Below the pieces are notes generated by a model. That model searched no databases. It saw nothing but the letters and a program-made list of their open reading frames with translations, and was not told the origin of the DNA. A stretch of 64,000 nt of DNA from Octopus sinensis (taxonomy: Eukaryota), in the NCBI RefSeq assembly GCF_006345805.1, contig NW_021832125.1, positions 124,001-188,000 on the forward strand, given 5' to 3'. The position numbers and the translations under genes were made by a program. Within the stretch, counting starts at the first letter, position 1, and every line of letters starts with the position of its first letter. This document shows positions 1 through 11,500 of the stretch, one piece after another.

Positions 1-780
1 GCCTTACTTCGACTCCTTGAAGTGGCACCTGCTGAGCTGAACAGATGGTTCCTTAAAATGAACGTTGGAAAAACCGACATCGTTGAAATCATGAGGATGG
101 AGAGCAGCTCAAGTGAAGCCTGGCGCAAAACGAACAAACTCGGTTCTCTACTTGGGGACGGCCATGATATTGTCAGAAGAAAGGCTCTCGCTTGGGCCAC
201 GATGAACAAGATAAAGAAAGAGTGGATCGGCAAACGACGACTCTGTACGTCACTTCGTCTGAGGATGTATGAAGCCTTTGTCAAACCAATCCTGACATAT
301 AATTCGGCGACCTGGGGAATGTCTAGTACTGAACAACGTGGACTCGATTCCTTTCACCGCAGGCAACTTAGATCCCTACTGGGATTGAACTGGCCTATAA
401 GAATCAACCAGGAATCGCTATACAATAGATGCAGAACTGGCCCTCTGAGTGTGGAAATCGTTAATATGCGGTGGAGGTTATTTGGCCATATTCTACGAAT
501 GGACATGCTTGCCCCAGCTAACATAGCAATGGAGGGCTACTTCCTGAAAGAAGGATCGAGCTTCCGTGGACGTCCACGTGTTACGCTGCCGGAAACACTT
601 GACGGAGACCTGAAATGTGTGAAGAAAAGGCTAAGGAGTGGTGAGGATCTGGACGAGCTGAGGAAACTCGCTCACGACAGAGGAGGTTGGAGGAGGCTGG
701 TTCAAAGGATTGTTTTTAATGCTGCACGAGTAAAATTATAACTAATATGATTCTACGTATGTTGCAAATAATAATAATAA
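1..780 (+). mobile_element. 3' end of an RTE-clade non-LTR retrotransposon (post-RT region), cut by the window edge
   Basis: ORF 22-741 has RTE-type motifs LRMYEAFVKPILTYNSATW, RWRLFGHILRM and GRPRVTL, followed by a short 3' UTR and a (TAA)n tail at about 767-780. Confidence 0.85.
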
Positions 781-894
781 TCTACAGGATATTTCAAGGG
801 GCCATATGAAAGCAAATAGATAAGCTAGGATCAGGCGTGAATAGACAAAATTCAACTTGGTTGAGGCTTAAGGTTGCATTTTAAAAAAGAAATA

Positions 895-1180
895 CAGTAA
901 ACTCTCTAGAATCTGCCAATTCTTAAATTTGCAACTTTTTATCGATTCTTTCTACTTTACAATGATATTTGCCAATTCTGAAAATTTCCACAATTTTTGA
1001 AAATTCTTTTTATTAATTAAAAAATTCTTTTTTATTGAAAAAAATACAAAGAATTTAAAGCAAGCATGGGTCGCACTGTTCCTGTTGGAAGCTACACTAG
1101 GCTTACATTTGCTCAAAAAGTGGAAATATTGCATTACAAAGAAAGTAATAAGGGCGATATCGTGTTTTAGCGTCTTAAAA
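895..1180 (+). mobile_element. 5' fragment of a pogo/Tigger-like DNA transposon
   Basis: TA then CAGTAAACTCTCTAGAATCTGCC resembles the other pogo TIRs in this window. A short ORF at 1066-1170 (YTRLTFAQKVEILHYKES) resembles the N-terminal HTH of the pogo at 38050 (VRLSINEKISILRYISD). No right end found. Confidence 0.55.
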
Positions 1181-1199
1181 TCATAAGGGACCAATTCTG

Positions 1200-3185
1200 A
1201 TTAGAAATCGTAACACTTTATTAACAAAAAACACCCGAGATAAAACAGTTAACTAAACTAATCCGACGACCCGTCCGCATCCGAAGTCTGGAGGCCAGCC
1301 TCTTCTGCTTCTGGTCGAAGGAATAGCTCTGTGAGAGCATTTTCCAGCCGGTCCTTCTTCTGCCCATGTGGCATTAAGGGGCTGGATCTGCGCGCATCAA
1401 CAGATGCACTCTCTAGAGTTCTTTTCAGGACAGTGGACTGCATATAGGCCTGAATGTACCTATCGACTCCCAACTGCCTGAGATAACCCTTGTGGTACTT
1501 AGATACAATTCCTTCCCATGTCATCACGCAAGGAATGACAAGGACCTTGCATCTGTGCATCAACCCAAGCTCGTTTGCAAGAAGGTCGTACTTACGCTTC
1601 TTTTCCACTTCCACCGTGGTCAAACGATCTAGACATGTGATGCCAACTTCTATGATAAGTATCTCGCCAGAGACCTTATCTTGTACCACAATGTCCGGCT
1701 TATTGTGCTGGACAAGTATCGAGGTGTGAATACTAGTATCCACTTTAATGCATACTCTGGCATTCTCGACCACAGACTGCACCTTATGAGTTCGCAACTT
1801 TCTGGAACGTCTAATCCCATACTTATTGCACAGCATTAAGTGTAAACTACGTACAACCTCGTTATGCCTCCACGTATAGTCGTGGTAAAACATACTACCG
1901 CATTTCGTGGCTATGTGGTCTACGGACAGGCACCTCAATTTACAATGAGGACAGACCTTAGATCGATTCCAGAAAAAGTTTCGATCTTGCAGATAGGTAA
2001 ATAATCCTTCGGATCGAGGGGAATTATTTCCATATCTTAGCCAAGTCGTTGACGACTTAACGTCAACATGCGGATTGTCCAAAGCTTGGAAGAGGGTCTT
2101 GTGAAGGACTTTTAAGTTGATCTTTTTAATCAAAGACTCTTTTTGTACTTTGATCAACCCCTTCACTTCTACCACTCGTTCACTCTCGAAACCGTACTTG
2201 ACCAACAAATAGGCCTTTATGGTTCCAAGGTGACTAGCTCGTGCCTTTTCCGTTTGCAAGATTGCGTACATCCTATCTGATACACTAGCACCAGACACCA
2301 GGTGGTCATGCATCTTCAGGAGAATACGCTCACTTAAATGGGCCACTCCACAAAGCCCCCTTCCGAATTGAGCACGTGGTAGATATAGCCTCTCCTTGTT
2401 GTGGCTCAAACTCCACAATACCTACATAATAGTTAAGCAATGATATTGCATATTCATTCAACGCATGGAATAAATTCCTTGCATTTAAATGAGTTTTGCA
2501 TAACATTGCTGCCGCTTCCGAACTCCCTCTATTATTTGGATCTTGGTTTCTGGGAGTATGAGCGATTTGGGGCTTTCAGTGATCCCGAGGTACTTATATC
2601 CCTCGTGATCTTCCAAGACCTTGACTAGATGGCCACATAATTGCGAGTTAGTCGCCGACTTGGAAAAATTAAGTTCCAATCCTATTTTCCCCAGGAATTC
2701 GTACACACATTCTCCCATAGAGCGGAGTTGGTTTGAGGACCGAGCGAACAATTTAATGTCGTCAATAAACACAAGGTGGTTCGTGTTAAACAAACGTCCC
2801 TCATGAGTTATCGACAATTGTTCGTGTCTTCCATTGAGGAGCCTACTCAATGGTTCGAGACAGAGCACAAAGAGTAGCGGCGACATGCTATCTCCTTGTA
2901 AAATCCCCCTCTCCAGTTTTACCTCACCGATTGTGTGTTTGTTATACTCGAGATGAACACTCCACATACTCATCACAGCTTTAACAAAACTAATGAACCA
3001 CACAGGCAGACACAGCTTGTGTAGACATTCGATGAGATATGCATGATCAACGGAGTCAAATGCCTTCTTAACATCCACCCACATAGACATAAGTGAGTTT
3101 CCGTAAGCGTTAGAAAGACACTTGTTGATCAATGCCTGCTCCTTTGTTCCCTGGCAATTCCTCACAGTTCCGAGCTGTTCTACCA
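1200..3185 (-). mobile_element. Degenerate RLE-type (R2/R4/NeSL-like) non-LTR retrotransposon: RT, CCHC knuckle and restriction-like endonuclease
   Basis: RT motifs VDVKKAFDSVDH, GILQGDSMSPLLF and FIDDIKLF; CPHC..DHIATKC knuckle; RHNEVV, KPDIV, IEVG and KKRKY endonuclease motifs. Frameshift near 2510 and an apparent internal deletion near 2400. Confidence 0.9.
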
Positions 3186-3600
3186 AGTATCGTAGGAGAA
3201 TTTCCAAGGCATGTTTGAAAACAGTAATCTGAATGTATTGAGGTTTTTCTCATTCAGCTTCGAACACTGGTTCCTCCAACCGGAGTTTGAGTGTTTTCTC
3301 GAAGTCTTCTTGGGAAAAGAGTGCTTCCGATATAATTTGTTCGAGGCAGAAAGCAGCCGTCAAACATACTTGTTTGGGGATGTGGAGAGGAATCTGTCTT
3401 GTTCCACGGAGGGACGACAGGGACAGAATGAATTCCTCAGTCGAGAAATTGTGGCAAGAGGCAGCGGGCATGCGCCTAAAGCACTTGCAGTCGCCTTATA
3501 AACAGCTTAGATGAAAATGGTCATTACGGAGGGTGCATTAAATTCTCCATTTGTGGGGGTTTCTCACAAGACACGACTGGCATATGTCGGAGAGCGAATG
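3186..3600 (-). mobile_element. Probable L2/Jockey-like LINE fragment fused to the RLE element
   Basis: YIQITVFKHALEILLRYLVE matches the pre-RT segment of the LINE at about 17.76 kb (YIPITVFKHAPIIFLQYLT). It contains in-frame stops. Confidence 0.4.
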
Positions 3601-4270
3601 AACAGTTCGAGTTTCTCCGGAGTTCTTTATATATTTCTCACAAATCAAAAGTTATCTTTGTTAATTTAAAGTACACACAAGATACGAACTACCAAAATTT
3701 CTAATTATTTTATGGTTAACTTGTAAAGAATAGCAAAATATTTTATCATCTCGCTCATCTCGCTCAGGCTGGCCATACCTGACATGTAATAAAACATTAA
3801 TTTAAAACAAATCACAAATAAGAAAAGTATATATAAATGCTTTTCTTGACTAGATATATTTATGAGATCGGTCCCAGGCTTCCTTAGGACGGTCCGAGAA
3901 GAAGACAAACATGATTATCGAATTTAGGAGCTATTTTTAACTAATTAAGTCATAAATTATTATGTTTTTAAACGATTAAATTTTATAGATGTTAACTGTT
4001 TTTCAGTGGCCTAACCATTTGGGATGGCCTTGAGGATCAAGTTCAGATCCATTTGACTCCTCTACTGTAATGTCAAACTGCATGCATCTGACTCAATTTG
4101 ATCAAATACATCAAATAAACTAATATAGGAGGCAAGGATCATAATAAACAATTTATAAAAAACAGCCTTCATTTTCAAATCTAAAATGCGTTTTTTTTCA
4201 CGAAAAAATGTGAGATCTGCACGTGTGCAACCAATAGACCTCATTTTTTCATTACAATTGGCCTTATGAT

Positions 4271-6118
4271 TAGGGCAACCAAAAAATTGCACTTTTTAAT
4301 AAAAAAAATTGCAAAAATGAATTTTAAAAATTGTAAAAAATTGCAAAAATAATTTTTTTTAATTGTAAACATTACATTATGCAAAAAATTAACGAAATTA
4401 TTTATTGTAATAGGAAATCAAATATTCCTGAACATTTTCAGGTTTAAAGTTCCTCTCTTTACTAAGAATTTTCGTCAAAAGAGATATTGCCCTTTCGATA
4501 GATGCTGAACTTGCGCTACATTTTCTGAGATGTGAATAAACTTCTGGCGATAGATTCTTATTTGAGAATTCAAGAATACTTAGTATTCCTGATTTCTCAA
4601 GCTTTTTTGATATATAGGATTTTATGTCGCATGGATCTGATGTAAAGTCTAGGGTGTTTAGATCACCATAAGCTGTTGCAATGGAGTAATCAAGCAATTC
4701 AGTATTTGAAATCATTTCAATTAATCCCAAATAATTTGAACTGATTTGGGTTAAGCTTGGAAACAACGTAGGATTATTCACTGATTTTTTTGCCTAAAAT
4801 AATTAAAAACTAAAACATTTTGTATTAAAACTCCATCTCCTTCAAATTCAGATACGATTTTAATAATTTCTGGAAGATTCTGGGAGTAATATTTTGCTGC
4901 TTTTAGCCAGCTTCCCCATCTTGTAACCACAACTTCGGGTGGATTTCCGATTCGTGAAAACATCTCCAAACGTCTCTTGTTTTTGACTGTGGCAGCCTTT
5001 ATAGACGAAATCAATTCATCAACATCTGCGAAGTATGCCTTAATCTTTAGAGCACAGTTGTGCAATAAATGTGACACGCAAGTCACGTGGAAAAGATTTT
5101 GGTATATCAATTTCATTGATGCCCCAGCTAAAATTAAATTTATTTGTATATACCACTGGTCATATATCTCGCCCCATCTGTAACGAATAATATAAAATTT
5201 TCACGTTCAATAGAAAATTTCTTTATTACTTTGTCCACCTCAACACAAATTGTTGAAGTAGTAGGCGGATAATATAGATTGGTACACGATACTAAATGAA
5301 GATTTTTTGGAGTGGAGATTTTCCCAATCAAAGTAATTAAAAAACGAGTTCCATTGATTTGGGCTTCATCACAAACAAAAAAAACACATTCCCCACTATT
5401 GAATAACTTAAAAAAACAACAGTAAATGAGTCTGAATGGTATTAATTTTATATTTTGATATTTCTTTAACATTTAACCTGCAAGATGATTCAGATGGCAA
5501 AGGATATGTTTCCTGCTCAAAAAGCCGTATGAGGGAAGGATGTCTGATTTTATAAATTGGTATGTTTGCCTCCAAAAACGCTTGTGTTACTTTGATCCCC
5601 CAATCCTTTCGAGTATCCGTTATCGCCGAAAGAAATGTTTGTGAACTCTGAGATGAATTTGTCCATTCTATAAATTTAAATTCAAAGAAATACTGTGTGC
5701 TTTTAAATGTTTTTTTGAAGAACGGTGCGCATCAACAAAAAATTTTGTGTCACACCGTACAACAGTTGAGCAATTGGAGCAAAATAAATTCCCTTCACTG
5801 TCAATAACAAACTCGGGGAATTTCTTTGCATAAAATGAAATTTTCTGTGACACTGTCCTTTTACCCATTACAACAAACAACTAAAACACGTTTTAATAAT
5901 CTTTTACTTATAATTATATTATTTTTTAATAAAAAAATTTTTTTTTTAATTTAAAAAAATTGCAAAAAATTGTAAAATGACTACAAAAAATTGCAAAAAA
6001 TTGCAAATTTAAATCGAATAAAAATATAATTAAAATTAATGTCTATTCATTACTTTATTATTTATCGAATTTTAATTAAATTATATTTAATTGCAAAAAA
6101 TTGCAATTGGTTGCCCTA
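4271..6118 (-). mobile_element. Complete hAT-superfamily transposon (DUF659/CGGBP1-like transposase), apparently intact
   Basis: Termini TAGGGCAACCAA...TTGGTTGCCCTA with a perfect 8-bp TSD CTTATGAT (4263-4270 and 6119-6126); internal transposase gene. Confidence 0.92.
4398..5868 (-). CDS. Spliced hAT transposase, 456 aa after removing four GT-AG introns (5668-5693, 5396-5420, 5128-5153, 4794-4816)
   Basis: Splicing the 26, 25, 26 and 23-nt introns gives an uninterrupted 457-codon frame: N-terminal C2H2/BED-like finger (CSNC...HRSSKKH), then CDE, TDG, CVSH, TRWGSW and SASIER motifs. Confidence 0.85.
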
Positions 6119-6619
6119 CTTATGATGATCGACTATATTATGTCGCGAGCGTGTGATCGAGCGGAACGAGCCACTTTGACACCTATCACACCTTTCATCA
6201 ACGTGTCAGTCTAAATTTATCAATAAAAAGGTATCATTATGAGCGCGCGACCGAAGCCCTTAAACAAAATATTCGTTTACATGGAATCTTGAGAATAAAA
6301 GAAGTGGCGACTAATCTAAATGATATTCAACTTCCCAAAAGTTAACTTGAATTCTTCGTATTATAAGAGAATGTACATGAAGATGGGAGTGAATGTGTCA
6401 AAATATGAATTAAACATTGGAGAGATAGTATTTATTTTATAATTACTTAAAAGGTTCGCATTCAAAAGGATTATGGGACAAATCCTTCTTTGAGATTAAC
6501 CGATGCGAACATAATTGCGAGGATACAGTCATTATTGGTGCAAAATTATTTAACATTTTTGTCAATGTGGAAAATAGTGATGGATCAGTAATGAAAGTAA
6601 TGCCAAACGACTCAATAAG

Positions 6620-7100
6620 TTAGATAACAGTTAGAAATAATCATTTTTCTTGATCTATTAATAAAATAAGTTAATTTGACATTGATCAACATTCAGTGAA
6701 TTTAATTGGTCGCGCGCTCGGCTCAATATAATATCCGCGACTTTCTTACTAAGGTCATTGTGGACTGCAGTAAACTTTTTCAAAAAAATTTTATATTCCA
6801 TCACATTCACAGGCCCTCCTATTTGGCAGTTGGTTAATGATACAATAATGGTGTCTTTTTCAAAATCAGTAGGTGCTTCCTCCGCCCGATTATCTAATAA
6901 AATCGAGTCCCACACGGACTTTTGTTTTACTCAAACACAGTCCCAGAATGAGAGAGACTGACTCTGTTCAAACATAAACTGCGTATTCTTTTTTTCTCAG
7001 TCAAGTTTCTGTAGAACTGTGGGGCAGACCACTTAAAATCATCGTTAATCTATTCAATTTCAGCCAGTTCCGTTTACCGTCTTTATTTGAAAAGGAACAT
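6620..7100 (-). CDS. Putative small spliced gene of unknown function downstream of ERCC1
   Basis: Exon-like frames INDDFKWSAPQFYRNL... and SVWDSILLDNRAEE...RDQLNSLN join through GT-AG segments of 28 and 20 nt. Start and end are unresolved and no family is recognised. Confidence 0.3.
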
Positions 7101-7176
7101 GTTTTCTTTTTATTTAATATTTAAAAAAATAATATCAATTTTTAAGTAAAAAGATATCAAAATAAAAAATCGAAAA

Positions 7177-7872
7177 TTATGCATTTCTAAATTGACGATG
7201 GAAAGCGTCAAAAATCTGGCTAGCCTTTGTGGCACCCAACCCATGACACAAACTGAGTTGTTCCAAACTAGCCTGAGCAATGCCCTCCAAGTCGTTAAAG
7301 GAATTAAGCAGAGTTTTGGCATCAGTCTTGTTAACTCCCTTAATCGCAGTCAACACATCGATCACCAAACAAATACAACAAAACATTACTGCCGTGTGTA
7401 CGTCCTGTGCTTTTTTTGGCATAATTATCCCTGGAGGCTTTTTTTCGAATATTTTATAAGTCTGGACATAGCGGGCAGCCTCCTCCGAACTAAAGGAGGG
7501 GGATTATTCTGACCTCCAGCAAACGATCATGGCATAATCGGCCAATATCGATATTTGAGCCAACTCCGACAAGGCCGAGTCCGGATCATCCTATCACGTG
7601 TTGCCCAATGAGAACCGAGTCGATTTTGACTAATAAGACTTTAATTTTGAATCCTCTCTCGACAGAGTTGATTCTCTGATGGATATATCGGCGTCTTCCC
7701 ATGTGGAAACGTAGACTTAAATATAAAATGCAAGTGCTAGGGGGAATCACGTAGTCTGCCGAGATTTCCTGGTACTCCCAAGGCACGGCTGTGATGTAGT
7801 TCAGCAGGGGGTTGCCACTCTTCAATATCAGATAACTTCACTTACTTGGTTGTGATTCACGTGGATACTCAT
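7177..7872 (-). CDS. ERCC1: ERCC1 excision repair endonuclease subunit (about 198 aa, five exons)
   Basis: GNPLLNYITAVPWEY, CILYLSLRFH, EEAARYVQTYK and HhH2 motifs (GVNKTDAKTLL, GLGATKA) match ERCC1/Rad10. Introns at 7820-7845, 7591-7615, 7490-7513 and probably 7366-7389. Confidence 0.95.
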
Positions 7873-8554
7873 TAATTATTTGTGTTTAACCCAGAATGAC
7901 GTTCATAATTTAAATTTATTAATAATTTTGAAAGCCCCCAACCGAGGTGTTTAAAAAGAAATTAAAACTGGATATCTCCTGATAGTTATTTGTATTGTTT
8001 TTGATTGGGTTTTTGTGTAATTAAAGAGATCTTCTCTTGTTTTTCGAGTTAGGTGTTCAAGATTTGAGGGGAATTCTTCGAGCTTTCTGATTGTTGACAC
8101 TACGAAGTAATGGACGACATTCTTGGCTTGAGCAGGCTATATTCATTCTCCAGGTAAAATTTAGTTAATGCACCTTCATGAAACAGCTCGACTGCTGAGT
8201 TAGGGCGATAAGATATTTTGATGTAGTTCATTTATTGTCATTTCCCACTTGGTTAATGAAAAAGCTGATTGAGGAAAGCTTCAAATGTTTGTTTATAGAG
8301 AACCTTTGATTCTGGGTAAAAGCTTTTACAATTTTTTAAAAACTTTTGAAGAGTCCGGGTCACTAAAGTCAGTTAACAAATCATGAGAACTTTTTTGAAG
8401 TCATGCCGGAAAAAGCGGTGTAAATTAGGGGGTATATTTAAAATGATTTGTATTAAACATTTTCACATGGAGATGTGGGGTTGCTCGACTTTCTTTATAT
8501 ATAATAGGAATATTTTTATTATGTTAATAGATTTAAAAAATGTTAATATTTGTG

Positions 8555-11500
8555 CTAACACCTAACAGTTGAATTCGTCCCCCGCTTTCCTTCCCTTAGT
8601 CGAGATCTCAATTCCTCAATCTAACGTCGAATAATCCGAACAACCGTGTTTTTCATTGTGAACACTCTTTTTTGATGAATCCTATCTCTTGTCTCCAATA
8701 ATTTCTCAGAGTGGAATTGAGTCTCCATCAGCCTTCGTAGCTTCTCTTCCGTCTCCTGGTTATTTGCTTCTGCCATTTCGGTCAGTCTGTTAAGATTGAT
8801 AGAGAGGACTACCTCTGAGAATACGACCGTTCCATGTTCTCTAACTCATCGTTCATTTCTGTGATCTGGTCCTTGAGGGCTTGATTGTCTATTTCTAGTT
8901 GTCCCAACATTCGATTGTACTCCTCCTGCAACCCCAAAGTCTTGTTCAGTGAGTCCAAAGCCTCGTCCCTTTCAAATTCCGTCTAATTGTGAGTCACTGG
9001 AAGAATACTCTTTTCAGTTTTTCTGCGCAAACTTTGGAGTTCTCTTCAAAAAATGCCTTTTCATTGTCAGTTTGAGCACACGTGGTTTGCCACTGGTCGA
9101 GTTTTGCTGTCAAGTCGGATTTCATCTTTTGAGCGTCTTCAAGTTTTAGTTCGAGATTTTGTTGTGTTTGTTTGTGCATCTCGACAATCCGATCGTTTTG
9201 TTGAGCCTGCCTTTCCATGTCGAGAAGTCTGCATTCTCCCTGATTCCGCTCAATCTCAAGTCGGCTCAAGTCTTTGGCCAACCTTTTGTTTTCCTTTTCT
9301 GTTTCACTCATTTTATTCCTCAAAAATATATCCAAAGATATACTTTAGACAAGTTAGATTGGATTCCCACAAAATTTTGTTTTTCCTGTTTTCTTCCTGC
9401 TCTCTTTTCAACAGTCCCACGTTTTCTTTCATTTGCTCCACTTTGGCGTTGCTCTCCTCTACCAAACGGTTATACTCCACATTCTGTCGCATAACTCACA
9501 CGAATCACTTTTTGTTTGTATTTATGACATTCTTCTTCAAACACTGCCAAATTTTTGCTCAATTGGTCGATAGTAGCGTGCAAGGACGTATTCTTCAGCT
9601 TTACATTTTGAAGGCAATCTGTCTGTCTTTCCAATTTTGTCATCAAAGTCTTGAATTATTAAACAGAATCTCAAACTGAAATTTCTTCCTCCTTTCCTAT
9701 GGCGGCTCCACTCACAGTCTTGACCTTTTCTTCCAAAATGTTATTTGAAGACTCAAGTTGGCGACATTTGGTATGAAGATTAGCCAGGGCAGTCTTTAAA
9801 TATTCCAACTCTTCGCCGACTTTCGATTCGTTCGCTCGAATTCGTGAGATTCGTTCCTTTAAATACATGACTTAATAATAAACCTGGAGGTATTTGGACT
9901 CCATTTCCTTTTCTCTCAAGTTATATTCTGATGTTGTTAGTTTGTCCTTGAGTCCGTTTTTATCTCTTTCAAGCTTTCTTTGTGACTCGGAGTAAGAGGC
10001 AATGGAGTTTTTAGCGGCAGACAGACGTTCAGCAATTTCTGTCCTTTCTGTGTAATTACAGAAAAATAGAGAATTACCTAGTTCCGTTTGAATCAATTTT
10101 TTTTCCATTTTAGCTATCTTGCCTTCCAATGAATTATATTTTTGAATCGAGTCTTCCAAATTTGCTTCAATCACATGATTTTGAGTTAAATATTCATTCT
10201 AGTCAAATAATTTCCATTTTCTAACTTTTAATTTCTCCGCAAGCATCAGTCGATTGGAAAAGCTCATTATTGCCAACCGAAATACTGAAATGTCGTTTGT
10301 CTGACTGCTGTCCTGGGGATTTGTTCGTGTTGCAGAACGTCCTCTATCTGCAAAAATATGATTAATAAATATTGAGTAATCAAAAAATAATAAATCACTA
10401 TTATTGTTTTGACAGATTCTACTTCTAAAAGGGCTGGTACTTCTAGCCCGAGTGGTTGCCGGTTCGACCCCCAAAGTCCTTCGGATGACAGTGCAAATTG
10501 TATCAAGCTTGCGGGAAGTTTCTCTTCCATAGTATTCACTCCTCTTTAATTGATCTTCGAGGACACCCAAACGACCTTCCTGCGCACTGTTTGCCATGCT
10601 CAACTCGGAATTCTATGTTCTTATTTGCCAATACTTTTTGGGTAGCTTTTTCCAGCAGTTTTTCAAGATTCAAAGTCTCATCTTTCATTCGCCTGGCATG
10701 ACATCGAAAGTCTTCAAGTGCTTGTTGATACTGCCTGTCCTTATTTTGAAGAGAGTGTTCAAGTTCGTTCTGATTTCGTTTCATAGTGCTCGTATTTGAA
10801 TATAACTCGCTTATTTTTCCTTCAAATTCTGCGATCTGCAACTGATTTTATATTTTTACGTTTTTCTTGTAAAATACAATTTCATTATTTTGTATTTCTG
10901 TTTTCTCTACCTCCTTTTTCAATTTTTTCCCAATATTGACATTTTCTTTAGACAACTCATATTTGTCCTCTACGACAATCGAGTATTCAGTCCTGCACGA
11001 TTTGATTTCCCGCTGTTGCTCGGCAACTCTGTTTTCAAAAATCCTCAAATCACGCTTCACGTCTAGTAGTTCTTCTTCGCGGAGTCTGAGTTGTTCTTCT
11101 AGCTCTGGAGCTTATTCCAAACAAACTCTACTGGTAGTCGCGGACTTCCTCTCTGTCAAATTCCGACTCAGTTCTATTTTCTCGTTCTCAACCGAATGGA
11201 GTTGACTTTTCAACTTCAAAATTAGTTCTTGGCCAATTTTTTTGTCGTTTTCTTCATTTTGAAGTTTTTCTTATTTAAAATGAGCAATCACTAACTGTGC
11301 AGGTCGTTATTTTGTGCCACTACCAAGTCATTTTCGTCTTTAAGAAATCCGAGCTTTGTATTTAGACTGGAAAGACAAGTTGAACGCTCAGAAATTTCCT
11401 CATTAAGCGTCAAAATATTTTTTTGAAGATTAGACAACTTAGAGCTCTTTTGGTCCCTTTCTGCCAAAGCATTATTCAAACGGGCCGATAGTGTCTTTTT

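Noticed and set aside
7900-8500. Possible small gene between ERCC1 and rootletin
   Set aside because: No consistent exon-intron model or motif on either strand.
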